NCBI GenBank assembly: GCA_045597865.1
Contig: JAZLKX010000028.1
Span: 1-64,000 of the forward strand
Origin: Bacilli bacterium
GTDB lineage: Bacteria > Bacillota_I > Bacilli_A > RFN20 > CAG-826
Reading direction: 5' to 3'
Length of the DNA: 64,000 bases
Part shown: one piece after another, positions 63,182 to 64,000 of the stretch
How the letters are laid out: every line of letters starts with the position of its first letter
Position numbering within the stretch: the stretch's first letter is position 1
Notes under the pieces: generated by a model
What the model saw: only the letters and a program-made list of their open reading frames with translations
The model's database searches: none
Told to the model about the DNA's origin: nothing
Made by a program: the position numbers and the translations under genes

Positions 63182-64000
63182 TTATTTTCCTCCTTTAACT
63201 TTGGCCCATAAATTATCAGCATATTGTCTAGCCTCAATAACTTGATTTACTAAGGATTTGCTGGTGATTTTGTAGTTTTTCACGCGTTTTTTACCATAAG
63301 TGTAGACATCGCTTGGTTTGAAATTTGGGAACAATCCAAACACGATGTGACCGAGTGCGTTGGTCTCGTCCATCTTGGTAAATGGAGTGTATTGAACTCT
63401 CATAAAGTCGGCTTCATAACCAGACTTAAATTCACCAAGTTTTACACCTAATCTATCTCCAACATATTTGTAAGAGTTTCTAATCATCTTTTGGATGTCA
63501 CCAACGCCTAATGCAGTTGGAGAGCCTGCTCTTACATGTCCAGAGAACAAAACGTTCATGTATTCACTTGCCATGTTGGAATTTAAACCATCATTTCCAA
63601 CCATGACTGGAATATTGTGATCAATGTAGTTTTTAACATAAGGTAAACCAACTGCATTGTTCATATTTGAGGTTGTGTTAACAACCATATAACATTTATT
63701 TTTGGCAATGATGTCGAGTTCTTCATCTTTAAGATGGACACCATGAACGATAAGTGAATTTGGAATTAAGATTCCTGCTTCATCAAATCTTTCAATAATT
63801 GATTTTCCATATTTAGCATAGCTATCTTCTTCATCCATTTCAGATTCTGAAACGTGAACGTGAACTGGAACACCATTTTGAACTTTTGCGATACTCTTTA
63901 GAGTCTTATCTGAAATTGACATTGAAGCGTGCATTCCAAATAATCCTTCACCTGGATACTTTCTAGCAAAGCTAGAGTTCTCTTTTAAACAAGCTTTTAC
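63182..64000 (-). CDS. ssnA: SsnA-like amidohydrolase (5' truncated by the window edge)
   Basis: Frame is open to base 64000 (...ENSSFARKYPGEGLFGMHAS); HVHVSE, HGVHL, SNMNNAVG, GNDG, GHIVFG. Confidence 0.8.
   Translation of the reverse strand, partial: VKACLKENSSFARKYPGEGLFGMHASMSISDKTLKSIAKVQNGVPVHVHVSESEMDEEDSYAKYGKSIIERFDEAGILIPNSLIVHGVHLKDEELDIIAKNKCYMVVNTTSNMNNAVGLPYVKNYIDHNIPVMVGNDGLNSNMASEYMNVLFSGHVRAGSPTALGVGDIQKMIRNSYKYVGDRLGVKLGEFKSGYEADFMRVQYTPFTKMDETNALGHIVFGLFPNFKPSDVYTYGKKRVKNYKITSKSLVNQVIEARQYADNLWAKVKGGK

Noticed and set aside
53823-64000. Selenocysteine/TGA readthrough in the Se-linked-looking operon
   Set aside because: The visible ORFs are full length and end in TAA/TAG; no in-frame TGA or SECIS is needed.

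Overview
A gene-dense, AT-rich chromosomal segment in which every credible gene lies on the minus strand. The host looks like a host-associated anaerobic Bacilli/Mollicutes-related bacterium that uses genetic code 11. Evidence: Mollicute-like L11, Lgt and ABC-ATPase features, a 16S 3' end CCUCCUUUCUA, TGA used as stop, and PFOR present. An RF39/RFN20/Anaeroplasma-like lineage is my inference, not a database result. In transcription order (right to left): (1) a tightly coupled catabolic operon, truncated at the window edge, related to the ygeW/ygeY/ssnA/xdh anaerobic purine-degradation locus but in a variant form: ssnA-like, PreA/DHODH-like Fe-S flavoprotein, xdhA-C-B-like, two PLP fold-II enzymes, ygeY and a knotted carbamoyltransferase; (2) sdaA-cysS-rlmB-sigH-like-mrp-rpmG-secE-nusG; (3) an inserted Cys-rich ArsR/SmtB plus P1B-ATPase module; (4) rplK-rplA-rplJ-rplL-methyltransferase-rpoB-rpoC; (5) an M6-like metalloprotease lipoprotein; (6) rpsL-rpsG-fusA-tuf; (7) two paralogous RDD proteins; (8) a Mollicute-type ABC importer with an OB-fold lipoprotein; (9) tRNA-Lys, a P-loop kinase, a Rex-like protein and PFOR; (10) uvrA-lgt-HAD-trxB-rapZ-whiA-XRE-gap-pgk-tpiA-BI-1; (11) an rRNA operon (16S, tRNA-free ITS, 5' end of 23S). 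I saw no mobile elements or CRISPR arrays. The best candidate for an undescribed system is the variant heterocycle-catabolism operon at 53.8-64 kb. All product calls come from motif recognition by eye; no searches were run.
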